Positions 12,419 to 23,090 of a DNA stretch of 64,000 bases are shown here, in pieces; positions within the stretch are counted from its first letter, which is position 1, and every line of letters begins with the position of its first letter. The notes under the pieces were generated by a model. That model made no database searches, had not been told where the DNA came from, and saw only the letters and a program-made list of their open reading frames with translations. The DNA is from Asterias rubens (Eukaryota): positions 32,178,001 through 32,242,000 of the forward strand of contig NC_047062.1 of the NCBI RefSeq assembly GCF_902459465.1, read 5' to 3'. A program made the translations under genes and the position numbers.

Positions 12419-15400
12419 GTTTGTTTTTCTTATTAAAGGAGGAAAGTGATAGTATGAATGTGTTTTTGCAGCGAGACAAACAGACACTGTGGAGTAGTAA
12501 GCCCTTACAAATATTACTTAATTATTCACGGAAGAAGAAGAATTAGGTTCCAGCCAGTCCAGCGCAGGTTGTGTTTGTGTTTGAAACCACACACACACCA
12601 CCCAGTCATCGCCCCTCATAAAATGATAAAATCGCCCCTCCCCCCCCCCCCCGAGACAAAGTTGCCCTCCTTCACTTGTATTTATTTAAATTATTTCACA
12701 ACTGAAGGGTGGGGGGGGGGTCTGCTGATAGGACGGTTAGATATTTGAATTGAAGCTTCCCTGTTTAATTAATTTAATTTTCAGAAATTATTTTGTTTTT
12801 ACATAATTTTTTGTGTTCACTGTCCATCACTGTCCCACTGTCCCACTGTCCCACTGTCGTCCCACTGTCTGATTGACATTGTCCCACTGTCGTCCCACTG
12901 TCTGACTGACACGAACAAAGTAAAACCAACGCCAACGGCAATGTGACAGCTTTAGAGATGTTAAAAGCATAACCCCACAAAGACAACAAACCAGCACCCT
13001 AACAATAAACAAAACAAACACTAGTATGCAAAGGAATGGGAGACATATGAGGCGCTGGAACATAGTGTGCGCGCACATGTACAGTATTGTGCGCTGCTAG
13101 CGAGGGCTGTGAAAAAGCACCGTCCAAAAATCTCCCATTGTGTTATAATAAAAATAATAATAATAATAGTAATAATTAAATCTTGTATACATTGTAGTGC
13201 CAGTATCCGCCAATGCTGGCGCTCATGGCGCTTGGTAAAAAAATCCGCACTCTAGTCAGCTGAGCTCCAAGTGCACTGCTTAAGATACCTAATAAAAAAG
13301 TTTTAGTCATTATGCTCTGTGGTCAAATTCACATGTCCATATCTAAATAGTGTCAAGGCAATGATTAATCATGCATGTTGAACAGATGTGTTTTGAGTGC
13401 TGATTTAAATGTATCAGTCGTGACAGCTCCCCGGACATAATTTGGAATTGACCATTCCATATCTTTGCTGCTGCGAATTGAAATGAACGCTTTCCCCAAG
13501 AGTTGCGTGCCCTTTGTAGTAATCTTACATTATCAATAAAGCTAATTGATGGTTATTTTTATTTATCTTTGTAGAGTGGCAAATCTGAAACCTCTAAAGC
13601 AGGAACCTCTCAGCCTACCATCTTAACACCTGCAAGAATCAAACATGAAATCAACCTGTTGAAAGCATTCCATGCAATGGAAGAGGGCATGTCAGTTTCC
13701 GAAGCATCCAAGCAGTTTGGTTTTCCCGAAGAGTCACTTCAGGTTTGGACCGTAACGAAGATTCCCATCAACCAAGGAAGACCTCAACGGTCCTGCAACC
13801 AGCACAGTGTCCCACCGACAGCAAAGCGTAAGCACATGCCGTACGATAAAGCCAGTTTAGTGAATGCTATGCAGGCAACAAAAGACGGCATGAGCGCTTT
13901 GAGAGCTTCCAAGCTGCATGGTGTACCAGTTTCTACACTTTATGATTGGATCAGAAGAAATGGCACAGGATCAACACGGCGTGACAAGGGTAGAAGAATT
14001 GATGCCATGAATCGCAGAAAAACTCCAAAATCCTCCAAGTCTACACCCTCATCGAATGCCACATATAAGCGCATGCACTATGGTAAAGCCAAGTTATTGA
14101 AAGCGGTCCAGGCAACAAAAGACGGCATGACCATCTGCAAAGCTTCCAAGCTGTATGGTGTCCCAGCTTCAACACTTCGGGATTGGATCACTCAGCGTTC
14201 AAGGACTAAAAAAATCACTCCACCCACTGCCTCACAGAGTGCTAGAAACCAGTATGCTGAGGTGAATACAGTGGATGCACTCAAAGCAATACACGAAGGC
14301 TCCACCATTTTCAAGGCATCTCGACAGTTTGATGTCCCAAAATCAACACTTCATGACAAGATACAAGGTATTATTAGGATTGACAGTACAAAGCATCAAC
14401 AATCCTCCGTGCATAAAAATGTAAAGACACCAAAAACTCAGTACTACAATGAGATCAAGTTGATCAATGCATTCCGTGCTATACCAGATGGCTTGACAGT
14501 TTACAAAACAGCCAGGCAGAATGACATCCCAAAATCAGCACTTCGTCTCAAGATCAAAAAGCAGCCTGGTGTCCAAAAACCAACACTTTGTGACCAGACG
14601 ATAGGCAACGTAAATAATGACAGCACAAAACCCATGGTGTTGACATATAAGCGAAAACGTAGTACGTACAATCAGGACAATTTGATTCAGGCATTCAAGC
14701 TTACACAAGAAGGCACACGTGTTCACCAAGCAGCCAGGCAGTATGGTATCCCAGACTCGACACTTCGTGACATTGTCAAAAAGCAGCGTGGTGTCCAAAA
14801 ATCAACACTTTGTGACCAGACGATAGCTAACGTTAAGAATGACAGCACAAAACCCATGGTGTTGAAGGCTAAACGACAACCTCCTATGTACAATCAGGAC
14901 AACTTGGTTCAGGCCTTCAAGCTTTCACAAGAAGGCACGTCTGTTTGCCAAGCAGCCAGGCAGTATGGTATCCCAGTCTCGACACTTCGAGATTGGATCA
15001 CAAGAAATGTTTCCACTCAACGTTCACAGCCTAAACAAATCCCTCCACCCACTGCCTCACAGAGTGCTAGAAACCAGTATGCTGAGGTGAATACAGTGGA
15101 TGCACTTAAGGCAATACACGAAGGCTCCACCATTTTCAAGGCATCTTGGCAGTTTAATGTCCCAAAATCAACACTTCATGACAAGATACAAGGTATTGTT
15201 AGGATTGACAGTACAAAACATCAACAATCCTCCGTGCGTAAAAATGTAAAGACACCAAAAACTCAGTACTACAATGAGATCAAGTTGATCAATGCATTCC
15301 GTGCTATACCAGATGGCTTGACAGTTTACAAAACAGCCAGGCAGTGTGACGCCCCCAAATCAGCACTTCGTCTCACCATCAAAAAGCAGCGTGGTGTTCA

Positions 15401-16130
15401 AACATCATCACTTTGTGACCAGACGAAACATGTAGGTAGCGTTAAGAATGACAGCACAAAACCCATGGTGTTGAAGGCTAAGCGAAAACGTAGTATGTAC
15501 GATCAGGACAAGTTGGTTCGGGCCTTCAAGCTTACACAAGAAGGCACACGTGTTTGCCAAGCAGCCAGGCAGTATGGAGTCCCAGACTCGACACTTCGTG
15601 ACATGATCAACAAGCAGCGTGGTGTCCAAAAATCAAAACTTTGTGACCAGACAATATGTAACGTTAATAATGACAGCACAAAACGTAAACAATCCTCCAA
15701 TTCCATGGTGTCGACGTCTAAGCGAAAACGTTGTACCTACGATCAGGACAATTTGGTTCAGGCCTTCAAGCTTACACAAGAAGGCACATGTGTTCACCAA
15801 GCAGCCAGGCAGTATGGTGTCCCAGTCTCTACACTTCGTGACATGTTCAACAAGCAGCGTGGTGTCCAAAAACCAACACTTTGTGACCAGACGATAATTA
15901 ACGTTAAGAATGACAGCACAAAACCCATGATGTTGACGTATAAGCGAAAACACAGTACGTACAATCGGGTCGATTTGATTCAGGCCTTCCAAAGTACACA
16001 AGAAGGCACATCTGTTTACCATGCAGCCAGGAAGTATGGTGTTCCAGACTCGACACTTCGTGACATGATCAAACGAAATCCCATTGAGGATGCAAGCAGA
16101 GGCCAAACGAATATATTCACAAGAGATTAA
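12413..16130 (+). CDS. Transposase-derived gene A, N-terminal part: array of 12 pipsqueak-type HTH domains (about 853 aa to the TAA)
   Basis: Exon 1 12413-12418 (MK) plus exon 2 from 13575 (ttatctttgtag|AGT GGC AAA), in frame with the 823-aa ORF. Twelve repeats of the type 'QAFKLTQEGTSVxQAARQYGVPxSTLRD', which is the HTH_psq pattern. Confidence 0.8.
12824..12905 (+). repeat. 8-bp (TGTCCCAC)n tandem repeat in gene A intron 1
   Basis: tgtcccactgtcccactgtcccactgtcgtcccactgtc..., with a secondary ~32-bp duplication. Confidence 0.85.
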
Positions 16131-17348
16131 GAGCAACAGATGGTCAGCCACATCAAGCACATGGCTAATATTGGATATGAGTATTCAAAATCTGACGTCA
16201 AGTTTCTCGCTGGAGATTTTGCAAATGCTTTAAAAATAAATCTCCAAGACAATAAACCACTCTGTGACATCATAGAGCAGGGTGACGTCTGGTATTCTGG
16301 TTTTTCAAAGCGTTGGCCAGACTTACAATTGGTATTAAAGCCCAATCAAGAATCCGAAGCAAGATATGCCTCACAAGACAAAACAGACAACTACTTCAAG
16401 GAATTAGCCTATATCCTTGTCTCAAACGATTTGCTTGAATCTCCCAAATGCATCTATATCATTGATGGATATTTCCTCAGCAAAGAGCATTCTCCGCCAG
16501 AAAGTGCGTTAAATGTCGGCGAAGAGAAAAATAGGCCAGAAAGTGCATCAAATGTCAGCAAAGAGAAAACTCCACCAGAAGGTGCGTCAAATGTCGGCGA
16601 AGAGAAAATTTCAACAGAAAGTGCATCAAATGTCAGCAAAGAAAAAAATCCAACAGAAAGTGCATCAAAAGTCACCACTAAACCGGAAGCAGTTATTGAG
16701 CAGTCAGTGACCATCATTGGGGGAGGCAATGCCAGCGGTTATCACATTCCTCCGTATTTTGTGATCCCTTACGGTTGGAAAGATACGTATCTGGAGGGCT
16801 CTCCTTCAGGATCAGCCGGTGCTGACCAAGGCTGGAGTAACTCGGATGTCCTTAAGAACTATCTCCAGAAGCATTTTGCAAAGTATGCTTATAAAAAAGG
16901 CAAGGGTACAAAGACATTGGTCCTGTATGACGGCAACAAGTACCACCTCTCTCTGTTTATGGCAGACTGGGCCAAGAAGAATCAGGTGATTCTCTTTCCG
17001 TTACCACCGAAGGGAAGTCAGGTGACTGAGCAACAAGACGATGGGCTGTTGGGCCTGTTCAAGTCCATTTATTCCACCGAGTGTCAACTTCATCGTGCAA
17101 ATAACCCCGACACCCAAATTACGAAGCATAACTTTGCCAAACTGGCGGCCAAACCTTACTTGGTAGCAATGTCTCCATCCAACCTGAAAGCTGTATTCCA
17201 CAATGCTGGTATATATCCATTTTCACATGTTCAAGAATGCACCAGTGGAGATTTTCAGGTTGCACACGCTGCTGCCACCATCTCTGTCTTGTCAGATGAC
17301 GTCAAGGGGGAAGTGGAACGCCACAATTCAGGTGGCATGGAAACCTAG
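16131..17348 (+). CDS. Transposase-derived gene A, C-terminal part: CENP-B/Tc5 HTH plus pogo-type DDE_1 domain (DD35D), in frame behind one TAA
   Basis: Reads FTRD*EQQMVSHIKHMANIGY...WYSGFSKRWPDL...IYIID...GGGNASGYHIPPYFV...GWSNSDVLKNYL...LVLYDGNKYH...LPPKGSQVTEQQD. There are 35 residues between the second and third Asp. Confidence 0.75.
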   Translation, partial: EQQMVSHIKHMANIGYEYSKSDVKFLAGDFANALKINLQDNKPLCDIIEQGDVWYSGFSKRWPDLQLVLKPNQESEARYASQDKTDNYFKELAYILVSNDLLESPKCIYIIDGYFLSKEHSPPESALNVGEEKNRPESASNVSKEKTPPEGASNVGEEKISTESASNVSKEKNPTESASKVTTKPEAVIEQSVTIIGGGNASGYHIPPYFVIPYGWKDTYLEGSPSGSAGADQGWSNSDVLKNYLQKHFAKYAYKKGKGTKTLVLYDGNKYHLSLFMADWAKKNQVILFPLPPKGSQVTEQQDDGLLGLFKSIYSTECQLHRANNPDTQITKHNFAKLAAKPYLVAMSPSNLKAVFHNAGIYPFSHVQECTSGDFQVAHAAATISVLSDDVKGEVERHNSGGMET

Positions 17349-17449
17349 ATCCTGAAGTCTACCACGATCTCATCTCCCCTGCTTGACCCTTCAGGTATTG
17401 TATATTTTATTAAGTAGGATTTGAAACTTTGCATGGTGGAAATATGATA

Positions 17450-17700
17450 TGGAAAGGTTTGCGGTAACACCATGTAATGACTATCTCTAATGAGTTGGGG
17501 TGGTTCTGAAAAGAACTGTTGGTTTAACTCGACGTTTCGATCAGTATGCTCCGATAGTCTTCTGGAGAAAAGAAAAAAGCAAAAAAACAAAAAAAAGACG
17601 ATTAGAGTGATTGAAACGTCAAGTTAAACCAACGGTTCTTTTCAGAACCACCCCAACTCATTAGAGATAGTCATAACATGGTGTTACTGCAAACCTTTCC
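17450..17700. repeat. About 250-bp fold-back (inverted pair) of the hammerhead-bearing repeat
   Basis: Arms at about 17450-17568 and 17595-17700 are reverse complements around an A-rich spacer. Confidence 0.9.
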
Positions 17701-18550
17701 ATTTTGTTTATTGCTGCTTCGTTGCTTTGGTATTTTTCTTTTAGTATATTATTGTGTAATATGATTTTTAATGGTTTACTTTTTTAATTGTACATTTTGA
17801 TCGTACATTGTAATTGTTAATTTGCGTTGCATTGTCTCACTTTTGAGATTTAAATTTGGCCTCTAGCTACCAGGCAATCTCGGTTGTCTAGTTGGTAAGA
17901 CTAGACAATTACAAGAGTCTAGAATTGCAAGGGTTCGTGGGTTCGAATCCCACCCGAGTAATATGCCTGTGATATACTGAGTATACAGTGGTAACACACA
18001 ACAGTGTTTGGGTAAACAAAAATAATAATAATATTTGTTATCCCCAATGCAAATTTAACATCTACAGGTTTATACTTTTAAGTTTGGTTGTCACTTTTTC
18101 TAATATTCGTGGTTGTTCTCTGCATTCTAAAGGCACTCGATACTATTGGTAAATGCTCAAAATAGTTGTTAGCATAAAAAGTTTAATATTTGAATTTGAT
18201 TTCGAGACCTCGGAGTTTGAGTTTGAGGTCTTGAGTTAAAGCATCTAAAATGCACACAACTTAATGTTTTTTTCTTTTTCTTCCATTATTATCTCGCAAC
18301 TTTGAAGACCAGTTGAGTTCAAATTTACACGGGTTTATTATTATGTGCATTTGTTGAGATACACCAAGTGAGAAGACTGGTCTATGACAATAATGTCTAC
18401 TTCATTGATTTCATCCTCTGTCGTTGTCATCTTGTGTAATGTGTTTTTTAATGGTTTCATATTTTAATTGAACATTGTCTTGCGTCTTTGAACAGCTTTG
18501 TTTGGAATTGGTGCACTTAAAATTACTTGTTATTATTTATTATTTTTCAG

Positions 18551-18915
18551 TAAGCACCTCAAGTAGCATCTCGCCAGACGGTAAACCATAATCGGAAGTG
18601 GATAAGGCCAACAGCACCAGCCATCAAGCACTGCAGCAGCCTGATCTTAGTCAAATAGACCCAATGTGATAAGTGTGAACACTGGACTCATCTAGGTCTA
18701 ATTTCATGGCTCTGCTACAGAAGCAGGAAATTCGGGGCTTACGTCAATCGTATTTCCCGCTGACACAGCTAGAGCAGAAATTCAGCACTTGCATAGTAAG
18801 CGGAGAATAGTGATCGTAAGCAGAGAGTTTAGCAGTAAGCAGAGCCATAAAATCAGGCCTTATCCTTTTGTACTTTAATATCAGTAATGCAACCTGACAG
18901 TCTGCCCTCATGGCT
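18551..18915 (+). pseudogene. Decayed PHD-finger exon of gene A, interrupted by a MITE
   Basis: Acceptor ttttcag ends at 18550, in phase 1 with the donor at 17394/17395. Reads IKHCSSLILVK*TQCDKCEHWTHL, then a MITE (about 18695-18860), then FCTLISVMQPDS and, after a frameshift, CPH. It also contains stops. Confidence 0.6.
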
Positions 18916-18957
18916 GGGGCAAGTAGAGATTCATGAATTTCTGTTTACACGAGTCAC

Positions 18958-19108
18958 AGGCCTGGAATTTCACTGAGATCATGGTCAATGTTGCCCTGGA
19001 CTTGGCCTTGGTGCCCATTTAAAAGTCACCCAGATAAGGTTTTCCAATGGGAGTACCTTTGCAAAGTGAAAAAGGCCCGGCCCTTTCAAAGATGAAATTC
19101 CAGGCCCG
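18958..19108. mobile_element. Short MITE family with GCCTGGAATTTC termini
   Basis: Internal ttgcccctggtcttggccttggtgccc. Other copies at about 9710-9780, 10760-10920, 37040-37175, 39180-39355, 42530-42700, 56105-56260, 58900-59230, 60270-60410, 61040-61130 and 62080-62300. Confidence 0.75.
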
Positions 19109-19182
19109 GAGTGCAATATAGTTTGTTAGGCATTTTTGTGGTTTGGTTTTGGGTGGTTTTAATTTTTTGTATTGGTAACTAT

Positions 19183-19262
19183 GGGTGCGTTCGTTTAGCT
19201 TCCCTGGGTCGACCCCGATGTGTGGCGTGTGGTCGACCCGGGGGAGCTAAACGAACGCACCC
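19183..19262. mobile_element. About 80-bp hairpin MITE
   Basis: TA|TGGGTGCGTTCGTTTAGCT...AGCTAAACGAACGCACCCA|TA. Confidence 0.65.
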
Positions 19263-21868
19263 ATAAAGAGTGGATATTGGTACTTGATGATAACCAATGT
19301 CATAATGCTTTGGAACAAAAGTTATTAGATTGGTTAATTATTCACAATGGTTGTTCTAAAAAACGGAAAATTATTTGGATGACTTCTTTTACATTTATAA
19401 ACTCCAAGGACAGATTTGTTTATTCTGAACACTATTTGTGACTCGGCACTCAAAACCTTGAGCAATAATGTCTGAAAGGTGCTTTGAAGTTCAAACATTG
19501 AGTAGTTGGTGAGTGTGAACTAAATCTGCCCCTTGAACAAGATGGCGTACAAAAGATCTCTAGATATTATTCCGACAAAACAGCACGTTGTACGTTTTAA
19601 AGTTACCAGCCAAGGATAAAAATACTAGTCAAGAAAGCTGGGTCTATGGGGTCTTGGCTCTTAGGTGATCTCTGTCTTGCTGGGCAAAACTTAGAGGTAA
19701 AAATTTCCTCCCGCGGTCAAACATAAACAACTTGTATCTGTGAAGTTATAATTTAAAGGCACTGGACACATTTGGTAATTGTCAAAGACTAGTATTCTCA
19801 CTTGCTGTCTTCAAAGTTGCAAGAGAGTAATGAAAGAAAAGCGTCCTTGTTGCACAAATGTGTGTGCTTTCCGATATTTTAAAAGGCTTCTGGCCTGAAG
19901 TCTTTTAAAATAAATATTTGAATGAGAAATTACCTCTTTCTGAAAAACTACATTACTTCACTCAGAGGGAGCCCTTTCTCACAATGTTGTATACTATCAA
20001 CAGCTCTCCATTGCTTGTTACCAAGTAAGTTTTTATGCTAATACGTATTTTTAGTAATTACCAATAGTGTCTAGTGCCTTTAATGCATGAATTTTATTTT
20101 ATATTTTTATCTTTTTGGATAAGTCAAAAGCACAGCTGACCCGCTCAGAGGATTGGCAAAAGGCATGTAAATACTTTGTAGCTATACTTTTTAAGAACTA
20201 AACAAAAACTTGGTTTGTTTATCACTTCTGGGCGTTACTCAAAAAACAAATGTCTGTACCTCTACTGCAGCGTTATTTTGCAGAATGTTTTCTGAGATTT
20301 GGCTATAATTTACAGAAGGGAAAAGGCCTGGGGCCAATTTCATAGAGCTGCTTAAGCAAACAATTTGCTTAAGCACGAAAATAGCTCGCTTGTTTTTCAC
20401 ATGTCACTGGCCAAAATGTCATGCCATATACATTGCTTGTGACTGGTACTTAGCTGTTGTTTACTTAGCATAACAATTGAGTGGAGTCTTGGCCGGTAAT
20501 CTGATTTTACTAAGCAAGGATTTTTTTGCTTAAGCAAAATTTTGTGCTTAAGCAGCTCCATGAAATTGGGCCCTGGCATCAAGGAGTTACTCAATGACCC
20601 TGAAAAAAAGAGAGATTACAAGCATAGATTACAGTACCCTGTGTCCATCTTTCTACAGGGGAAACAATTAGAAAGTCCAGGTGAGTCATGCACTTAGTTT
20701 CAACTCACTAAAGCAAACTGAGGGGGCTAGAAAACAATGTCTTCATATTCCTGGTATAAGTGGTTCAATGATAAACATTTGTTTAGCTCAATTAATTGTA
20801 ATCATGGGCTGAGAATAGTAATGATCTCTATGCCAATTGGGAAGTGCGGTGAACAGAGCTATCAAAAAATTACTGAGCGGTTAAGATGAAACGAATAAGT
20901 TTGTGTTATTTTGTAAAACTGTACAAAAGTTTATGCCACCTTTGGAGTCAAAACTTGGAAAAACTTTGGGCATGTAGCAGATAGGCACTGACAAGATTCC
21001 AATTTTGTCCAGAAATTACAGTACGTGTTGGTGGAAATCTTCCTTTGAAATATTTTTGCCTGAAATGCTTTTTGAGAAATGAGCGAAACAATTACTCCAA
21101 AATTTGATGCTTGGAAACTGAAATCAGATCAGGGGGGTTTCAGTATTTACTTGTGACTCTGGTGAACAGTTGAGCCAAGTTTGCACAGTTTTGTTGCTTG
21201 TGATCGTAAAGTTTGGAAACTGATCTACGACAGTTTCCTTTGAAAACTCAGTTGTTATTATTGTGTCAGTTTATTTAAATGACAATGTCACTAGTTTCTC
21301 TGATGACCACCCCCCACCCTCCCCGTCTATATGTAACCTTTTTTTTCTTGAGAAAAGTTATTAATGGTAATGGTTAGGATTTGAACAATTTGTATGGTTG
21401 AAATTTGGCATTGGCAAGATTGGCAGTCTAAGACCAAGGGTTTGGGGTGCTCAAAATAATGTTTGGCGCCACCAGTCTCATCAAAGACCGCTTGGATGGG
21501 GTATACAAGAGCTTTTACGGGAATGATTATATCGCAGTCGGCGCAGTGCCTGCAATCATAAAACTAATGATAAAGCAATGAGGCTGTCCTTACTCTGTGC
21601 ATTTTGTTCATGATCTGTTAGAACAATTAATATTATGTATTCAAGCCCTATCTTTTTTCCAATTCTAAGGCAAAAAGAGTTACAATGATTTTGAAAAGGT
21701 TTTTACAATGGAGTATTATTATTGATGGATGAATCTTTTCTAAAACAGAAGAGGTAACTGTACTAGGTCAGGGGATGGGTCTTTTATTTTATTTCTACCT
21801 CCATGGTCCATCCAAGCCCCCCCCCCCCCGGGGGGGCGGGGCTTGGACCGAGAGAAATAAAAACTTAC

Positions 21869-22096
21869 GTTTACCGAGCGAGAGAGGGCGTTTGTCAAAT
21901 TGAAAAAAACTTGGCACATGCTCTTGCTTGGCACCCAGACTCCCGTTAATGTATATGGCTCCTACCTCCATGCTTAAAGAGTAAGGGGTCAGTCTAAACT
22001 CAATCACACGGCGTGTGTACGACAACCAAAATGTCGACGACTAATAAAAGTGCGAAGAAAGTTTCAGCATTTGCTGCATTTAGCTCCAAAATAAAG
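21869..22096. promoter_or_regulatory. Duplicated bidirectional promoter/first-exon module, copy B
   Basis: Shares acgtttaccgagcgagagagggcg...aaaaaacttggcaca...ggcacccag and gctccaaaat[g/a]aag|gtttgttttt with 12245-12428. The minus-strand donor here is GTAAGT, and the ATG has become ATA. Confidence 0.6.
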
Positions 22097-23090
22097 GTTT
22101 GTTTTTATTGTTAGAATTGTAGCCAATTGTGTCGGTTTAATTGTACGGAGAAGAACATTTCACAATGTGCGCTCTTTTCGTAAATAATGAAAAATAGGTA
22201 GTGCGCCAGGCAGTAGTGGATTTGTTTTGCGCAAACTTCGAAAATTTACTTTTTTTGTAGTTCGCTCGGTGTGCTACTTTGTTCGATCCCTTGCATGAGT
22301 TTTGAATTTGCGCAGAATATCTCGGGCGCAAGCATTGAGCACCGCGCAATCTTTGTAGTTCGACCATCTCCCCAGTTTTATTTACTTTTTAAAAGTTTTC
22401 TTGTAAAAGTTTTCTTATCATGAAAATTACAGATTTAATTTTTAAAGTAAAGTTTTAAAGAGATAAAGAACTGAGCCTGTGTAACTGTAAAGCATAACGT
22501 TAAGTGTAAGTCAAGTTCAGAATATTTCATCAGTAACTCATGTGCTGATTCATGATTGCTGGAATCACAACAAACTCGTTCCTTGCATTTTGTACAAAAA
22601 TTATGCCAGCTTTGATTTCTCTATATTTTATTCTATGACTACGCGCCTGCACCATTGATATCCCGATAGTGGATTTTGTGTGCAGTGTCGAACAGATACA
22701 GACTATGAGACTATGCTTCACCGATATGCAACATTGGATACAGATGACGCGGCAGCTACATGTACAGATAATTGATGAATATTGTTGATAAATGTATTGC
22801 ATTGATTCGCATTAAAATCATAAATTTGTGTTAAAAAAATGACAAATATTACAATTGAACGAAATGACAAAAAATCATAAATGCAAGTTTATAATGTAAT
22901 ATTTGTTTTCATATTAAAAGATTTTTGCTCAAACAATGTTTGTACTTGGTATAAGTTCCTTTATTGTGGTATTGTTGGGCGCTATCGACCGATCACGCTG
23001 CGCTATTGAAATATCTATTGGTCGCGCAACAATCGGTCGATCGCGCAACCATCGGTCGATTGCGCAACATTCCAAAACAAACATGTGCAT

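Noticed and set aside
12638-12722. Poly-C and poly-G tracts (also 21815-21845, 50855-50870, 52675-52685, 52905-52920) as G-quadruplex regulators
   Set aside because: Homopolymer runs are scattered, are not conserved between promoter copies A and B, and their lengths are error-prone in assemblies.
14535-16160. Antisense and alternative-frame ORFs over gene A (for example 15633-16160 minus, 175 aa)
   Set aside because: They are shadows of the repetitive sense ORF with no independent domain signal.
19183-19262. Perfect ~80-nt hairpin as a pre-miRNA
   Set aside because: Near-perfect terminal inverted repeats with TA flanks fit a MITE better, and there is no expression evidence.
21330-21549. Minus-strand open frame after a good acceptor (21550) with CxxC...CxxC (HCADC...DCQSC)
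   Set aside because: Only about 70 codons, with no recognisable family or downstream donor, so within chance expectation. It is kept only as a possible acceptor for promoter B.
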